Notes: a model not told the origin generated them from the letters alone. Numbered from the whole stretch's first letter, positions 11,515 through 24,386 are shown. The stretch is 63,995 nt of DNA, filler included, from Lama guanicoe (GCA_013239625.1; 176 parts of 176 records of this genome joined end to end with filler, not necessarily neighbours in it); one strand, 5' to 3'. Numbers and translations are program-made.

Positions 11515-12011
11515 GGGCACGTTAGTTTGTAGCATCTGTACTTGCTTNNNNNNNNNNNNNNNNNNNNNNNNNNNNNNNNNNNNNNNNNNNNTTAATTAAT
11601 TAANNNNNNNNNNNNNNNNNNNNNNNNNNNNNNNNNNNNNNNNNNNNTCTCCCGTTGCCAGGATTCGTCGTGCTGGTGTCACCACTAATACACACTTCCA
11701 TGATACTGTGTCTGCATTTCATGATAGAACCTCAGTCGCCCATAACCTTCCCTCTCCCCGACCTTCCTTCCACACACAGGTTTGACCCTCCCTTGGGCAC
11801 TTGCCACCGTCAGCCCTACTGTAGAGCAAGGCACCCACCCAGCTCATCGCCCCTGCCAAAAAATCACGTCCCTAAAGGCAGGGTCTTATCCTGCCCTTCC
11901 TGGAACCTGCANNNNNNNNNNNNNNNNNNNNNNNNNNNNNNNNNNNNNNNNNNNNTTAATTAATTAANNNNNNNNNNNNNNNNNNNNNNNNNNNNNNNNN
12001 NNNNNNNNNNN

Positions 12012-12274
12012 TTTGCAAATCTCAAACTCCCAAATTTATCCCTTCCCACTCCTTTTCCCCAGGTAACCATAAGATTGTTACTATGTCTTCAAGTCTTTTT
12101 CTGTTTCGTAGATGAGTTAATTAGTGTCCTCTTTTTTTCTTTCCCTTCTTTTTATTTTTTCAGATTCCACATGACTGACATCATATGGTATTTTTCTTTT
12201 TCTTTCTGGCTTACTTCACTGAGATTGATGATCTCCAGGTCCACCCATGTTGCTGCAAATGACATTATTTTATT
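12012..12274 (-). mobile_element. Lineage-specific LINE-1 3' region
   Basis: 'agattccacatg...tcatatggtatttttctttttctttctggcttacttcact...atctccaggtccacccatgttgctgcaaatg'. Confidence 0.85.
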
Positions 12275-12738
12275 NNNNNNNNNNNNNNNNNNNNNNNNNN
12301 NNNNNNNNNNNNNNNNNNTTAATTAATTAANNNNNNNNNNNNNNNNNNNNNNNNNNNNNNNNNNNNNNNNNNNNGGGTTGGGGAACACAACTCAACCCAT
12401 AACATATGCCAAATCATGACAAAGAAAAGTTGTTCTTCAGGTCCTCAACTCTAATTAGATGCAACTCCAGTCAAGTGCTTACTGTGTAGAGGACAATGGA
12501 CTAAGGGCAGTGGATTGGAAGACACACACATTTTTCGGCCTTTGAGGATCTAGGGATGGGATGACAGTAAAACAGTGCCTGGCACATGGGAGGCACCCTA
12601 AAACTCTTTAAAGAATGTGGTCCTGCTCTGGAAGTCAGNNNNNNNNNNNNNNNNNNNNNNNNNNNNNNNNNNNNNNNNNNNNTTAATTAATTAANNNNNN
12701 NNNNNNNNNNNNNNNNNNNNNNNNNNNNNNNNNNNNNN

Positions 12739-13002
12739 TGGCTGTAGGTTTGTCATAAATAGCTTTTTATATTGAGATATGTTCCCTCTATACCCGTTTT
12801 GGTAAGAATTGTTTTCATAAATTAGTGTTGACTTTTATCAAGTACTTTTTCTGCATCTATTCAGGTCATGTGATTTTCACCTTTCTGTTGTTGATGTGTG
12901 TATCACATTGATTGATTTGCATAAGTTGAACCATCCTTTTGTCTCCAGGATGCATCCAACCTGATCATGATGTATGATATTTCTTATGTGTTGTTAGATT
13001 CT
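12739..13002 (-). mobile_element. LINE-1 ORF2 (RT region) fragment
   Basis: 'tggctgtaggtttgtcata...ttttctgcatctatt...tatcacattgattgatttgc...ttgaaccatcct' antisense L1 ORF2. Confidence 0.9.
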
Positions 13003-13102
13003 NNNNNNNNNNNNNNNNNNNNNNNNNNNNNNNNNNNNNNNNNNNNTTAATTAATTAANNNNNNNNNNNNNNNNNNNNNNNNNNNNNNNNNNNNNNNNNN
13101 NN

Positions 13103-13366
13103 CTGGAAGCTCTGGTAAGTCCAAGAGGCAAATCACAGGTTTGGGAACCAAACCCAGGTTTTGAGAGCCAAGCCCTGGCCTTTGGGGCAAATAATCAGTA
13201 TCCTTTTGTGAAACTGTTCTTGGGCTCGTTGTAGGCAACAGTACATACTGAACACCTGACCACTGAAGACCAGGTGACCATCTATTGAACTCTTTTGGTC
13301 ACCATAGATTGGACATAGCTGATCCATCCAGCCTAAAATTAGGAATTTCCAGTAGCACTTCACCAA
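13103..13366 (+). mobile_element. ERVL pol remnant (RNase H-proximal)
   Basis: GFESQALAFGANNQYPFVKLF...VHTEHLTTEDQVT...DPSSLKLG versus ERVL GFWSKALPSSADNYSPFEKQL...VETERLTMGHQVT...DPSSHKVG; multiple stops. Confidence 0.7.
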
Positions 13367-14194
13367 NNNNNNNNNNNNNNNNNNNNNNNNNNNNNNNNNN
13401 NNNNNNNNNNTTAATTAATTAANNNNNNNNNNNNNNNNNNNNNNNNNNNNNNNNNNNNNNNNNNNNAACTCCCCTGAGCAGTCAGCTGTACACAGGAAGC
13501 TTCCCCCCACTTTGTTTTTGTTTGTTTGTTTGTTTGTTTTCACTCTTATGGCACCTTTTCACAGTGATGCCCAAGAAAACTCAGCCCATGATAGCATGGA
13601 CACAGCCCCACTGTCTAGAAGATGAACCCCTGATGGTCCTGAAGAGACCAAGCCCCAGCCAGCTGTGCAAAGGGCCAAGTTCATGGGCAGAATGCACCTG
13701 TGCCCTGTGGGTCAGAGGTGGATCTGGCGCNNNNNNNNNNNNNNNNNNNNNNNNNNNNNNNNNNNNNNNNNNNNTTAATTAATTAANNNNNNNNNNNNNN
13801 NNNNNNNNNNNNNNNNNNNNNNNNNNNNNNGATGCACCTAGCTAGAGGTTTTTTGATTTTGCTTATGTTAAGATGAAAATGTAAAAAAAATCTTTGCTTT
13901 AACTGCTCTTTTGCATAGTTTTCTTTTTGTCTCTAATGTATATTTATATTTCTAATTCTTAAGTTCATTTTCTTTCTTGTTTCAGGTTTTTTTTTATTTA
14001 CATTCATTTTCAAAGTTGTCTCCAATTCCAGCATAGAGCACAATATTTTTGTTGCAATGAACATATATACATTTATTGTCCCATTTTTTCCTCTNNNNNN
14101 NNNNNNNNNNNNNNNNNNNNNNNNNNNNNNNNNNNNNNTTAATTAATTAANNNNNNNNNNNNNNNNNNNNNNNNNNNNNNNNNNNNNNNNNNNN

Positions 14195-14458
14195 CATCAC
14201 CTCATATAGATACAAAATTAAAGAAATAGAAAAAAATTTTTTTCCTTCTGATGAAAACTCTTAGGATTTACTCTCCTAACAATCTTCATATACGACTTAC
14301 AGCAGTGTTAATTATATTATGTGGTACCTTACATCCCTAGTACTTATTTATCTTATAACTGGAAGTTCGTACCTTTCTCCGCCTTCATCTGGTTCCTGCT
14401 CCCCCAACCCTGCCTCTGGTGGCCACAGATCTGGTCTCTTCTATGAGTATGTTTGTTT
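14195..14458 (-). mobile_element. LINE-1 3' terminus fragment
   Basis: 'gatgaaaactcttaggatttactctc...acatccctagtacttatttatcttataactggaagtt' L1MA-like 3' end; related to the start of the 45863 contig. Confidence 0.8.
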
Positions 14459-14616
14459 NNNNNNNNNNNNNNNNNNNNNNNNNNNNNNNNNNNNNNNNNN
14501 NNTTAATTAATTAANNNNNNNNNNNNNNNNNNNNNNNNNNNNNNNNNNNNNNNNNNNNGACTCACCATAACCCTCTGTACTCCAGCCATACAGAACATCT
14601 TCCAGTATCTCTAATG

Positions 14617-14752
14617 GAGCGGTTCTCAACTCTGGTTGCACGTGAGAACTACTGGGGAGCTGGAAGAAAAAAAAAGTGCTGTCTGGGTTCCACCGCTACA
14701 TGTTTAGCGGTCCCCAGGTGATGCTCCTGTGCAGCCTGGATTGAGAACATGT
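14617..14752. mobile_element. MER5-like hAT MITE; second copy in reverse-complement partner contig 51329-51593
   Basis: Inverted termini 'ggttctcaa...ttgagaac' and internal 'ccccaggtgat' typical of MER5A. Confidence 0.7.
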
Positions 14753-17470
14753 TATTGCCAACTAGACTTCCCACCTCCAAGCTTTGCCCTCGCCTGGGCA
14801 ATTTTGCACACTGCAACAAGAGNNNNNNNNNNNNNNNNNNNNNNNNNNNNNNNNNNNNNNNNNNNNTTAATTAATTAANNNNNNNNNNNNNNNNNNNNNN
14901 NNNNNNNNNNNNNNNNNNNNNNAAAAAAAATCTATGATTTCTATCTACAGACTATTTAAAGCAAAGACCAGGTACCAGAAAACTTGGTGACCAGAGAGAA
15001 TGCCAGAGAGAAACTAGCATGTTTACTCACAGGTAAACAGCAGGTATTATTCAAGACAGGTGAGGTTCAGTCTCACTTATACGGTGCATGCCTCCATAAT
15101 TCTCCCAGACAGCTCTCAAGTGCCCCACTGCTTTATCAGATGAAGGCAGAAAAGATCATGGAACTTGAACCAACTTCTAAGAGGGANNNNNNNNNNNNNN
15201 NNNNNNNNNNNNNNNNNNNNNNNNNNNNNNTTAATTAATTAANNNNNNNNNNNNNNNNNNNNNNNNNNNNNNNNNNNNNNNNNNNNTTAATGGAAGACAT
15301 TCGAGTGGAAACAATTTGTCAACAAAGGCCAGCAGCGGGGGTTCATTCATGACCCATTCTCCAGCGACCCAGTGGCACAGAGGCCGCTCCCAGGGGCTGA
15401 GCCCCATTCCTGCAGCATTCCCACCATTGCAAGATGGTGCCACTCGCCACTTCCATGCACGAACCGATGTCTCTTTGTCAGTGTGTACTTGTTTGTACAC
15501 TTCCTTCTGAAGAGACCTGGGGAAACTGATTTAATTGTTAGAAGGCAGTGNNNNNNNNNNNNNNNNNNNNNNNNNNNNNNNNNNNNNNNNNNNNTTAATT
15601 AATTAANNNNNNNNNNNNNNNNNNNNNNNNNNNNNNNNNNNNNNNNNNNNATGCTTGACTTCTCTTCAGTTTAGAGCTTTCTTTGTCCCTGCCCCAGACA
15701 TGGACCTGATTTTTAAAAAAATAAATAAAAATAAAAGAGGAGGTGGAGAAGACAGCAAGAATTCAGAGATGATTTCTCATTAACCAGCATCTGCTTGTCA
15801 ACTGACAACTTCTTTCCCCAGCAACAAAATCTTGAATAGACACACCACTTAAAGCCAACACCTATGGCAAAACCACAGACTGGAATAGAAATAAAACCAC
15901 TGACTTTGAGGAAANNNNNNNNNNNNNNNNNNNNNNNNNNNNNNNNNNNNNNNNNNNNTTAATTAATTAANNNNNNNNNNNNNNNNNNNNNNNNNNNNNN
16001 NNNNNNNNNNNNNNCAACAGAAATTACTTTTTAAAAGTTATAGTAGATGTTCTTTCTCATGGTGGTTTTATAAGACCAGATTATATACCTTTGTTGTTTA
16101 AATTAATGAGTTTCCGAGTACTTTGTATTTTGGGAAGTGACAGTATTTTACAAGTGCCCACCATGTGTAACAAGGTGATCAAAATGAATTAAGATGGTTG
16201 GGTGTTAGAAAAATCATGGTAGTATTTTCTGACTTTTTTCTAGTTTTATCCAGATATAATTGCTATATAACACTGTAGNNNNNNNNNNNNNNNNNNNNNN
16301 NNNNNNNNNNNNNNNNNNNNNNTTAATTAATTAANNNNNNNNNNNNNNNNNNNNNNNNNNNNNNNNNNNNNNNNNNNNCCCCTGCTGCCTACAGCTGACT
16401 CCTCCTCTCCCCATTTTCCTCCCAAAACCCTTGTATTTTTTCATAGCTTATAATAAAGTTTTGTTCTTGTTTGCTTAAAAAAAGACCAGAACTTCTGAAT
16501 TTGGTAAAAACTAAGCCCTCATGCTTTAAGGCATTTACTCTACGTAGTAAGTTAATTTCTATCCTATGCGTCTAAGTGCAAAGTACTGTCATGGAGACAT
16601 TTTAAAATACTCGTTAATTTCACTTTCTTTTAGCTTTCTTCTNNNNNNNNNNNNNNNNNNNNNNNNNNNNNNNNNNNNNNNNNNNNTTAATTAATTAANN
16701 NNNNNNNNNNNNNNNNNNNNNNNNNNNNNNNNNNNNNNNNNNTAAAACAGACAAAATCTACTGGGAGAAAAATCAGACTAGAAAATTCTTAGTATTGCAG
16801 AGAAAAGCCCCAAACAATGAATTGTTCTGACAAATGAACAATTGGCAAAAGAGTTGGGCAAAGAGCTACCAAGGGGAATGGCAAAAAAAATTCATTTCAC
16901 TTGAGAATTCAGCCCTACAAGAGAGCCTTGTGAGGCTGGAGGCATAGATGTAGTGTGCTTGATTTTTATTCCATTCAGATTCAAGCATCATCCACAAGTG
17001 TTAAAANNNNNNNNNNNNNNNNNNNNNNNNNNNNNNNNNNNNNNNNNNNNTTAATTAATTAANNNNNNNNNNNNNNNNNNNNNNNNNNNNNNNNNNNNNN
17101 NNNNNNCCAGCTATATTCTAGATGATTAAAACATCTTTACTATCCCGTTTTCTTTCTGCCCTGGACCTCGTGAGAAATGTTGATTCTTGAGAATGTAAGC
17201 TTTTGCCGCAGAGCCAGAAAATATTGACCGTCTCTCCTTTAATCACCAATTAGCACCTTTTGTTTCTCTTCTCTGCTGTGGCTGATGCACTTTGTGTGTT
17301 AGACTCACTTCTCGGAAATGAGCCCCTTCACCCCGATGTCAAATGGGGAAAACAAAAGTGGAACGTTTCCNNNNNNNNNNNNNNNNNNNNNNNNNNNNNN
17401 NNNNNNNNNNNNNNTTAATTAATTAANNNNNNNNNNNNNNNNNNNNNNNNNNNNNNNNNNNNNNNNNNNN

Positions 17471-17734
17471 GGACCAGGTTCTTTGTTAGCAGCTGGGTGA
17501 AGATGGACCACTATTTTGGTACTTTTCCCAATTCCAGCTGCCTGTTTTTCAATGAACACAATTTGGGAAAGAGGAATGGCCATGCAGCATTCATGATTTT
17601 TCTGATCTCTCCAAGTCAGTCTGTGGGTACTAAGAATGAGGGTCCCGGCATCAAATTTTATCTTCTCCTCACTGTCATAGATGCACACCCCGCGCTGCTG
17701 GATCACCAGGGTCTCGTTGATCTCCAGGAGGCCG
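17471..17734 (-). pseudogene. VPS36: Processed (intronless) copy of ESCRT-II subunit VPS36, GLUE domain
   Basis: Open frame [87 protein letters not shown]. It covers several short parental exons with no intron and has CpG-decay-type changes (R>C, G>S) plus a one-codon deletion versus recalled HPAPPNKEPG. Confidence 0.9.
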
Positions 17735-18562
17735 NNNNNNNNNNNNNNNNNNNNNNNNNNNNNNNNNNNNNNNNNNNNTTAATTAATTAANNNNNNNNNN
17801 NNNNNNNNNNNNNNNNNNNNNNNNNNNNNNNNNNGCACCTCTGCTCCCGGGCCAGCCTTCTCTTACGGGGAGGAAAGACAGACCATTTGTGCTCTCCTGA
17901 GGTTCCTATGGGAAGGAGGAAAAACTGTCAGGAGAGCTGAGATCAGGGCTCTGGGGCACGCCAGCCCCCCACCCTTCCCCGCAGCCAATATGGAGAGGCC
18001 GACCCCATTGAGTTCGTCTTATCTCAGGGGATGCGGTCTCCTCACTCTTCCCTGCAGCCTGGACTCATGAGCTATTTCCATCTCTGAATCAGATACAGNN
18101 NNNNNNNNNNNNNNNNNNNNNNNNNNNNNNNNNNNNNNNNNNTTAATTAATTAANNNNNNNNNNNNNNNNNNNNNNNNNNNNNNNNNNNNNNNNNNNNGG
18201 GCAAATCTAGAGGCCTGGGCTCTGGCCCAGTTCTGCAGGGACTTCATTGCCTGGTCCTAGGAGGTCCCAGTCCCTCCCCCTGTCTTCTCACTTGCAAACC
18301 CAAAGACCAGGTGATGGATGGTCACATAGGGCTCTTGCTTCCAGGACAACCTGGGGAGGAGGTGCTGGGCTGGCGGGTGGGGCGCAAACCGCAGACAGCT
18401 GGGCAGGGAAGGGGACAAGGGAAACTTTTGTTCAGGGACCCCCTCCCTTGTCTCCACTTGCTNNNNNNNNNNNNNNNNNNNNNNNNNNNNNNNNNNNNNN
18501 NNNNNNTTAATTAATTAANNNNNNNNNNNNNNNNNNNNNNNNNNNNNNNNNNNNNNNNNNNN

Positions 18563-18826
18563 ATACAACACAAATGTCCATTGATGATTGAATGAATAGA
18601 CAAAATGTCATGTACATACAACATAATATTATTCAGTCTTAACAAAAAGGAAGGAAATCTTGTCACATGCTACACATGGATGAACCTTGTCGATATTATA
18701 CTAAGTGAAATAAGCCAGTCACAAAAAGATATATACTGTATGATTCTACTTATTTGAGGTATCTAAAGTAGAATGTGGTTGTCAGGGGCTGGAAGGAGAA
18801 GGGGAAAGGAGAGTTGTTGTTTAATG
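18563..18826 (+). mobile_element. LINE-1 ORF2 end / 3' UTR (L1MA/MB-like)
   Basis: 'aaatgtccattgatg...catggatgaacctt...ctaagtgaaataagccagtcacaaaa...tactgtatgattc'. Confidence 0.9.
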
Positions 18827-19773
18827 NNNNNNNNNNNNNNNNNNNNNNNNNNNNNNNNNNNNNNNNNNNNTTAATTAATTAANNNNNNNNNNNNNNNNNN
18901 NNNNNNNNNNNNNNNNNNNNNNNNNNAAGGTCCTCCCCTCCCAGGGCAAGGTCAGCAGCAGACTGGGCCCAGGGCGCCTTCACCGTGGTGACAGAGAGCG
19001 GACGAAACGATGAGGAAAGAAGCAGGCAGAACGGAAGGCCAAGGACCAGACAATGCTCTGACTCCTGTTTCGTTTCTCCTGATACATTTTTCTTTCTTTG
19101 GCCTTACACTGAATTTTAAAAGAAACATACCTTTGCAAGAGTAAAGCTTTTCTTTAAATTAAACACAAGAAAGCGTATATACCCAATTTCNNNNNNNNNN
19201 NNNNNNNNNNNNNNNNNNNNNNNNNNNNNNNNNNTTAATTAATTAANNNNNNNNNNNNNNNNNNNNNNNNNNNNNNNNNNNNNNNNNNNNTTCTTTACTT
19301 ACGTTCTCAGCCAAACATTCAGAAGTCCTCCATCCACCCGTACTGTCTTCAGTTGCTCATTTATCATTCACTTTATTTTTGAAATGCATTTTGCTCTGTT
19401 TGTGCGTATTATCAAGCCTGCAGCCCAAGAAAATCTCATGTGTACAACTCACCCAAGAAGAAATAGCACGTTAGCAACACCCAAAGTTCCCTCTGGAGTT
19501 AATGATCACTTGTCTTTCCGAGAGTAACCATCCGACTTTGGTTTTTGTGATCTGNNNNNNNNNNNNNNNNNNNNNNNNNNNNNNNNNNNNNNNNNNNNTT
19601 AATTAATTAANNNNNNNNNNNNNNNNNNNNNNNNNNNNNNNNNNNNNNNNNNNNTGTTTGCAAAGTATATCTTGCAAAGAATGCCTTCAGATTGCTTACA
19701 GGGAAAGAAACTCAGGGGGTGGATGAGATGGGAAAACTTTTAATTTTTCTTTTTTTTTTTTTTAATTTTTTAG

Positions 19774-19918
19774 TTGGGGAGGTAGTTAGGTTTACTTATT
19801 AAATTTATTTTTAGAGGAAATATTTAAAATAAATTTTAAATTTTTAAAATTTATTTTTAAAAAAAATAAAAAAATATTTATTTTTAGAGGAGGTCCTGGG
19901 GTTGAACCCAGGACCTTG
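19774..19918 (-). mobile_element. Vic-1-type SINE 3' part with an internal AT-rich insertion
   Basis: 'ggggaggtagttaggttt...ttttagaggaggtcctggggttgaacccaggacc' matches the full copy at 28862-28972. Confidence 0.8.
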
Positions 19919-20382
19919 NNNNNNNNNNNNNNNNNNNNNNNNNNNNNNNNNNNNNNNNNNNNTTAATTAATTAANNNNNNNNNNNNNNNNNNNNNNNNNN
20001 NNNNNNNNNNNNNNNNNNTGCCAATCAGCAGACCAGGAAAGGCGACATCAAACACCAGCAGCCTCACTGCTGAAGGAGGGACAGCATCTGGGATCCTGAT
20101 GACATCAGCGAACCTTCTAAACAACCCTGGTTCCTGTTGCTGTAGCCACTGTTACTTAGGTCTCCTATGATTATTTGCAGCTAAAAGCATTCTGACAAAT
20201 TTCCTAAGGTCTACAGCAGACCTCCTCCTTCCCATAGTACTAGAAAGGCTTTCAGAAGCGTGCCTGAGCTAGGTAGTCACCTNNNNNNNNNNNNNNNNNN
20301 NNNNNNNNNNNNNNNNNNNNNNNNNNTTAATTAATTAANNNNNNNNNNNNNNNNNNNNNNNNNNNNNNNNNNNNNNNNNNNN

Positions 20383-20639
20383 CTTCCTCTTGGCGCGGAT
20401 GTGTGTCCCCACCCGTTTCTTGATGAATTTGCAGGCCCGCTTGTCCTTGGAGACCTTGAGCAGCTCCATGGCCCGCTGCTCATAAGGGGTGAAGCCACAC
20501 ACCTCCTGGATCATGTCCCGCATGAACTTGGTGTGTTTGGTGAGGCGCCTGCAGCGGTGGCTTGCCTCGGCTTGCTCACGTTCTTGGTCACCTTGTAGCC
20601 TTTGTTGAGGCCCACGGCCATGGGATAGCGCAGAGCCAT
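20383..20639 (-). pseudogene. RPL36: Processed pseudogene of ribosomal protein L36
   Basis: ATG at 20639: [25 protein letters not shown], a 1-bp deletion near 20563, then [55 protein letters not shown]; intronless with several missense changes. Confidence 0.97.
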
Positions 20640-22202
20640 GGCTGCTNNNNNNNNNNNNNNNNNNNNNNNNNNNNNNNNNNNNNNNNNNNNTTAATTAATT
20701 AANNNNNNNNNNNNNNNNNNNNNNNNNNNNNNNNNNNNNNNNNNNNGTGTGAGGAGGATAAAGAGAAAACACTTGTGCGGGAGCTGGGGGTGGGGGGGTT
20801 GCGAGGAAGTAAGCCAGTAAGTAACCCCTTAAAAACGAAACGGCGGTTATTCCGAATACAGAGGTAAGTATCAGAAGAAACAGTTAAAAGGCTTGAAAGT
20901 GGGTGTCTTGGGAGAGTGAAAAAAAAAGGTGGGGCAAAGAACACTGCTTCTGATTGTAAGCCTTACAGAATTAGTCGATTTTTTAAACTTTATCCATGTA
21001 CTTATTTATANNNNNNNNNNNNNNNNNNNNNNNNNNNNNNNNNNNNNNNNNNNNTTAATTAATTAANNNNNNNNNNNNNNNNNNNNNNNNNNNNNNNNNN
21101 NNNNNNNNNNGGTGCCCGGCCAGCCCCGCCCACATCTGGGGCGCCTCGCCCCGTCAGAAATGCCGCCAGTCTGACTTACTCGGAGGCGCTGAAGAGGAAG
21201 GTGACACTGCTGTCACATGGGGGATGGGGAGAGGATGTCATGATACAGCTGGAGATGCTTAAACTCTTTCCATTATACAAGTTCTGTTCTCCGGGTCTGT
21301 CGTGCCCTGGTGGCTGCGTTCAGCAGTAGCTACGATTTCAGCCCGAGCAAACGCAGAGGGACCTAAGGGCATCTNNNNNNNNNNNNNNNNNNNNNNNNNN
21401 NNNNNNNNNNNNNNNNNNTTAATTAATTAANNNNNNNNNNNNNNNNNNNNNNNNNNNNNNNNNNNNNNNNNNNNTTTCAGGCTTGCTCATCTGAGTGTCT
21501 GGCCCAGCCCACCTCTGGAACCCAAGCACTCAGAGCCCTTGGCACAGAAAAGGCACTCGATAAATGGTTGACTGAGTCAATGACCGAATTCATGGGCCAC
21601 GTCATCTATTTCTGGGTGTTGTTTCCAGCACCCTGCCCAGCCACAGGTAGACAGTTTCTAGCAAGTTGATTAACTGATGGGTTGATTTCCCTTCAAGGTG
21701 TCTGAAGTGCCTTGTCTCTCTCATTCATCCTCTCATTCNNNNNNNNNNNNNNNNNNNNNNNNNNNNNNNNNNNNNNNNNNNNTTAATTAATTAANNNNNN
21801 NNNNNNNNNNNNNNNNNNNNNNNNNNNNNNNNNNNNNNAAAGAAAGAAAGAAAAATTATTTGAAAGGAATATAAGTAGAACTTTGACAACAGAATCAAGT
21901 GAATGCCATCCCCCAAAAGAAAATGACTTTTCTTTTTCTAATAGATACCCAAATTATCTAATTCTGTGTTTAGAAAAAAATAATTATACACACTCTAGCT
22001 ATATATAGCTTGAGGAGGAAACGGAATACTAGGAAAAATAATATCCTATTATTTACCATTTTTATAAAATAAAATAACATTGAAATAGAAGGAGAAATGT
22101 ATNNNNNNNNNNNNNNNNNNNNNNNNNNNNNNNNNNNNNNNNNNNNTTAATTAATTAANNNNNNNNNNNNNNNNNNNNNNNNNNNNNNNNNNNNNNNNNN
22201 NN

Positions 22203-22466
22203 TTTTCAACAAATGGCACTAAAAATTTTGGATACCCATATGCAAAAATATGACCTTCAATTTCTTACACCATATGAAAAAGACTAATCATAATCCTAAA
22301 ACTAATACTTCTAAAAGAAAACATGGAAGAAAATCTTTGGGATTTTAGGTGAGGCAAATTTTTCTTAGATATGACACCAGAAGTATGATACATAAAATAT
22401 ATAAAATAACAATTTCATAAATTTAACTCTAAAAATTAACTTCCACACTTCCAAAAACAGTCTTAA
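22203..22466 (+). mobile_element. Old LINE-1 ORF2 fragment
   Basis: 'ttttcaacaaatgg...gaaaacatggaagaaaatctt...ttcttagatatgacacca'. Confidence 0.8.
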
Positions 22467-22566
22467 NNNNNNNNNNNNNNNNNNNNNNNNNNNNNNNNNN
22501 NNNNNNNNNNTTAATTAATTAANNNNNNNNNNNNNNNNNNNNNNNNNNNNNNNNNNNNNNNNNNNN

Positions 22567-22830
22567 GAGCCTGGCCCAGAGGCTCCCTCTGGCCACGCCC
22601 CTCCTGTCCTCACTCACACTCTCTGACACCGCCCCCCCCTAGGTCCCGCCCCCAGGACCCTCGTCTCTCCAGGTCCCGGGGCCGAGCCCAGCCCCGACGG
22701 GCCTGCGACCTCTGACCACGCCCTGTTCCCCCTCCCACTCTGCCCCGCCCCCTCTAGGCTCCGCCCCCGCCCCGGCTGCTGGGTGGGAGCCGGGCCGCTC
22801 AATGCGCATGCTCCAAGCGCGGCGCCCCCG
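22567..22830. promoter_or_regulatory. CpG-island promoter-like fragment with GC boxes and an NRF1-like site
   Basis: Several CCGCCC boxes; 'tgcgcatgc' at 22803-22811; very GC-rich. Confidence 0.55.
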
Positions 22831-23294
22831 NNNNNNNNNNNNNNNNNNNNNNNNNNNNNNNNNNNNNNNNNNNNTTAATTAATTAANNNNNNNNNNNNNN
22901 NNNNNNNNNNNNNNNNNNNNNNNNNNNNNNGTTGTCATCTGACCTTTCTCCTTGGCCACACCTTATTTATACCTCATGTTTAATTCTTCTGCCCCCTCAG
23001 ACCTCAGGGCTCAGGTGGCACCTGGTGTCGGGCCTTGTGCTTGATCATGACTCCGCTGATGTTTGTGGACATGCTGAGTGACAGCCTGGGGATGGCTGAG
23101 ACCCTCTCCCTTCCCAGGAAAGGGAGCAGAGGTTAAGCCTCCTCCACATGACTGTGGATCTACGAGATCCAACAATTTTCCTAAAAAAAAAAAANNNNNN
23201 NNNNNNNNNNNNNNNNNNNNNNNNNNNNNNNNNNNNNNTTAATTAATTAANNNNNNNNNNNNNNNNNNNNNNNNNNNNNNNNNNNNNNNNNNNN

Positions 23295-23554
23295 TTCTTC
23301 TGATTGCTCTCTTCCCTGTAGGCTGGATTGAAAGAAAATGCCCAGTGTGACCACAGAAACCATATGTTGATGATGGCAAAGACTGCATTATTATCTCAGG
23401 ACCCCGAATGTCTTCATGGAATGGACAGTCCCTCTCCCTGCCACCATCTCTACTTAGGTTTTATGTGAATAAGAAATAAACACTTGAGATGCTACACTAC
23501 TGAGATTTCGCAGTATTATTTATAACAGCAGTTAGATTGATCCTGATTAATACA
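23295..23554 (+). mobile_element. MaLR LTR (MLT1-type) 3' part
   Basis: 'agaaataaac...tactgagattt...ataacagca...cctgattaataca' is the MLT1 terminus pattern. Confidence 0.65.
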
Positions 23555-24386
23555 AAAGNNNNNNNNNNNNNNNNNNNNNNNNNNNNNNNNNNNNNNNNNN
23601 NNTTAATTAATTAANNNNNNNNNNNNNNNNNNNNNNNNNNNNNNNNNNNNNNNNNNNNGTGATGGTTGCTTGCTACATGCTGTAACTCAAGGAAAGGAGT
23701 TTTTTTTTAAATGAAAACTTCTTTTTAGCCAAGCAAACCAACATAGCTTTAAACTCCACAGAACTCCCTTTGTCTGGACTTCTTGTCTCATCTCAGTGTT
23801 GGGAAAAGTAAGAACCACAACGTGACTTAAAAGGTAGTGGCAGTTCAACATCCAATTATGATAAAAACTCACAAAAGTGGGTATAGAGGGAACATATCTC
23901 TACATAATAAAAGCTATATATGNNNNNNNNNNNNNNNNNNNNNNNNNNNNNNNNNNNNNNNNNNNNTTAATTAATTAANNNNNNNNNNNNNNNNNNNNNN
24001 NNNNNNNNNNNNNNNNNNNNNNCAACCTCCACCCAGCCATGATGGGTGTGCACATCCACTGATGCTGATTTTAATCTGTGTTCTTTTGCTGTAATAAACC
24101 ACAACCACTAGCATTAAAGCTTTACTAAGTTCTGTGAGTCCTTCTAGCAAATCACTGATCCCAGATGTGGTCTTTGGGACTCCTGAAACAGAGAGAAACT
24201 AGAGGAAGAACATTCCATGCAAAGCAAATAGCTTGTGCAAAAACCCTGTGGTGGGAATGCAAATGAGATTTAGGCCAAGAACAACCNNNNNNNNNNNNNN
24301 NNNNNNNNNNNNNNNNNNNNNNNNNNNNNNTTAATTAATTAANNNNNNNNNNNNNNNNNNNNNNNNNNNNNNNNNNNNNNNNNNNN

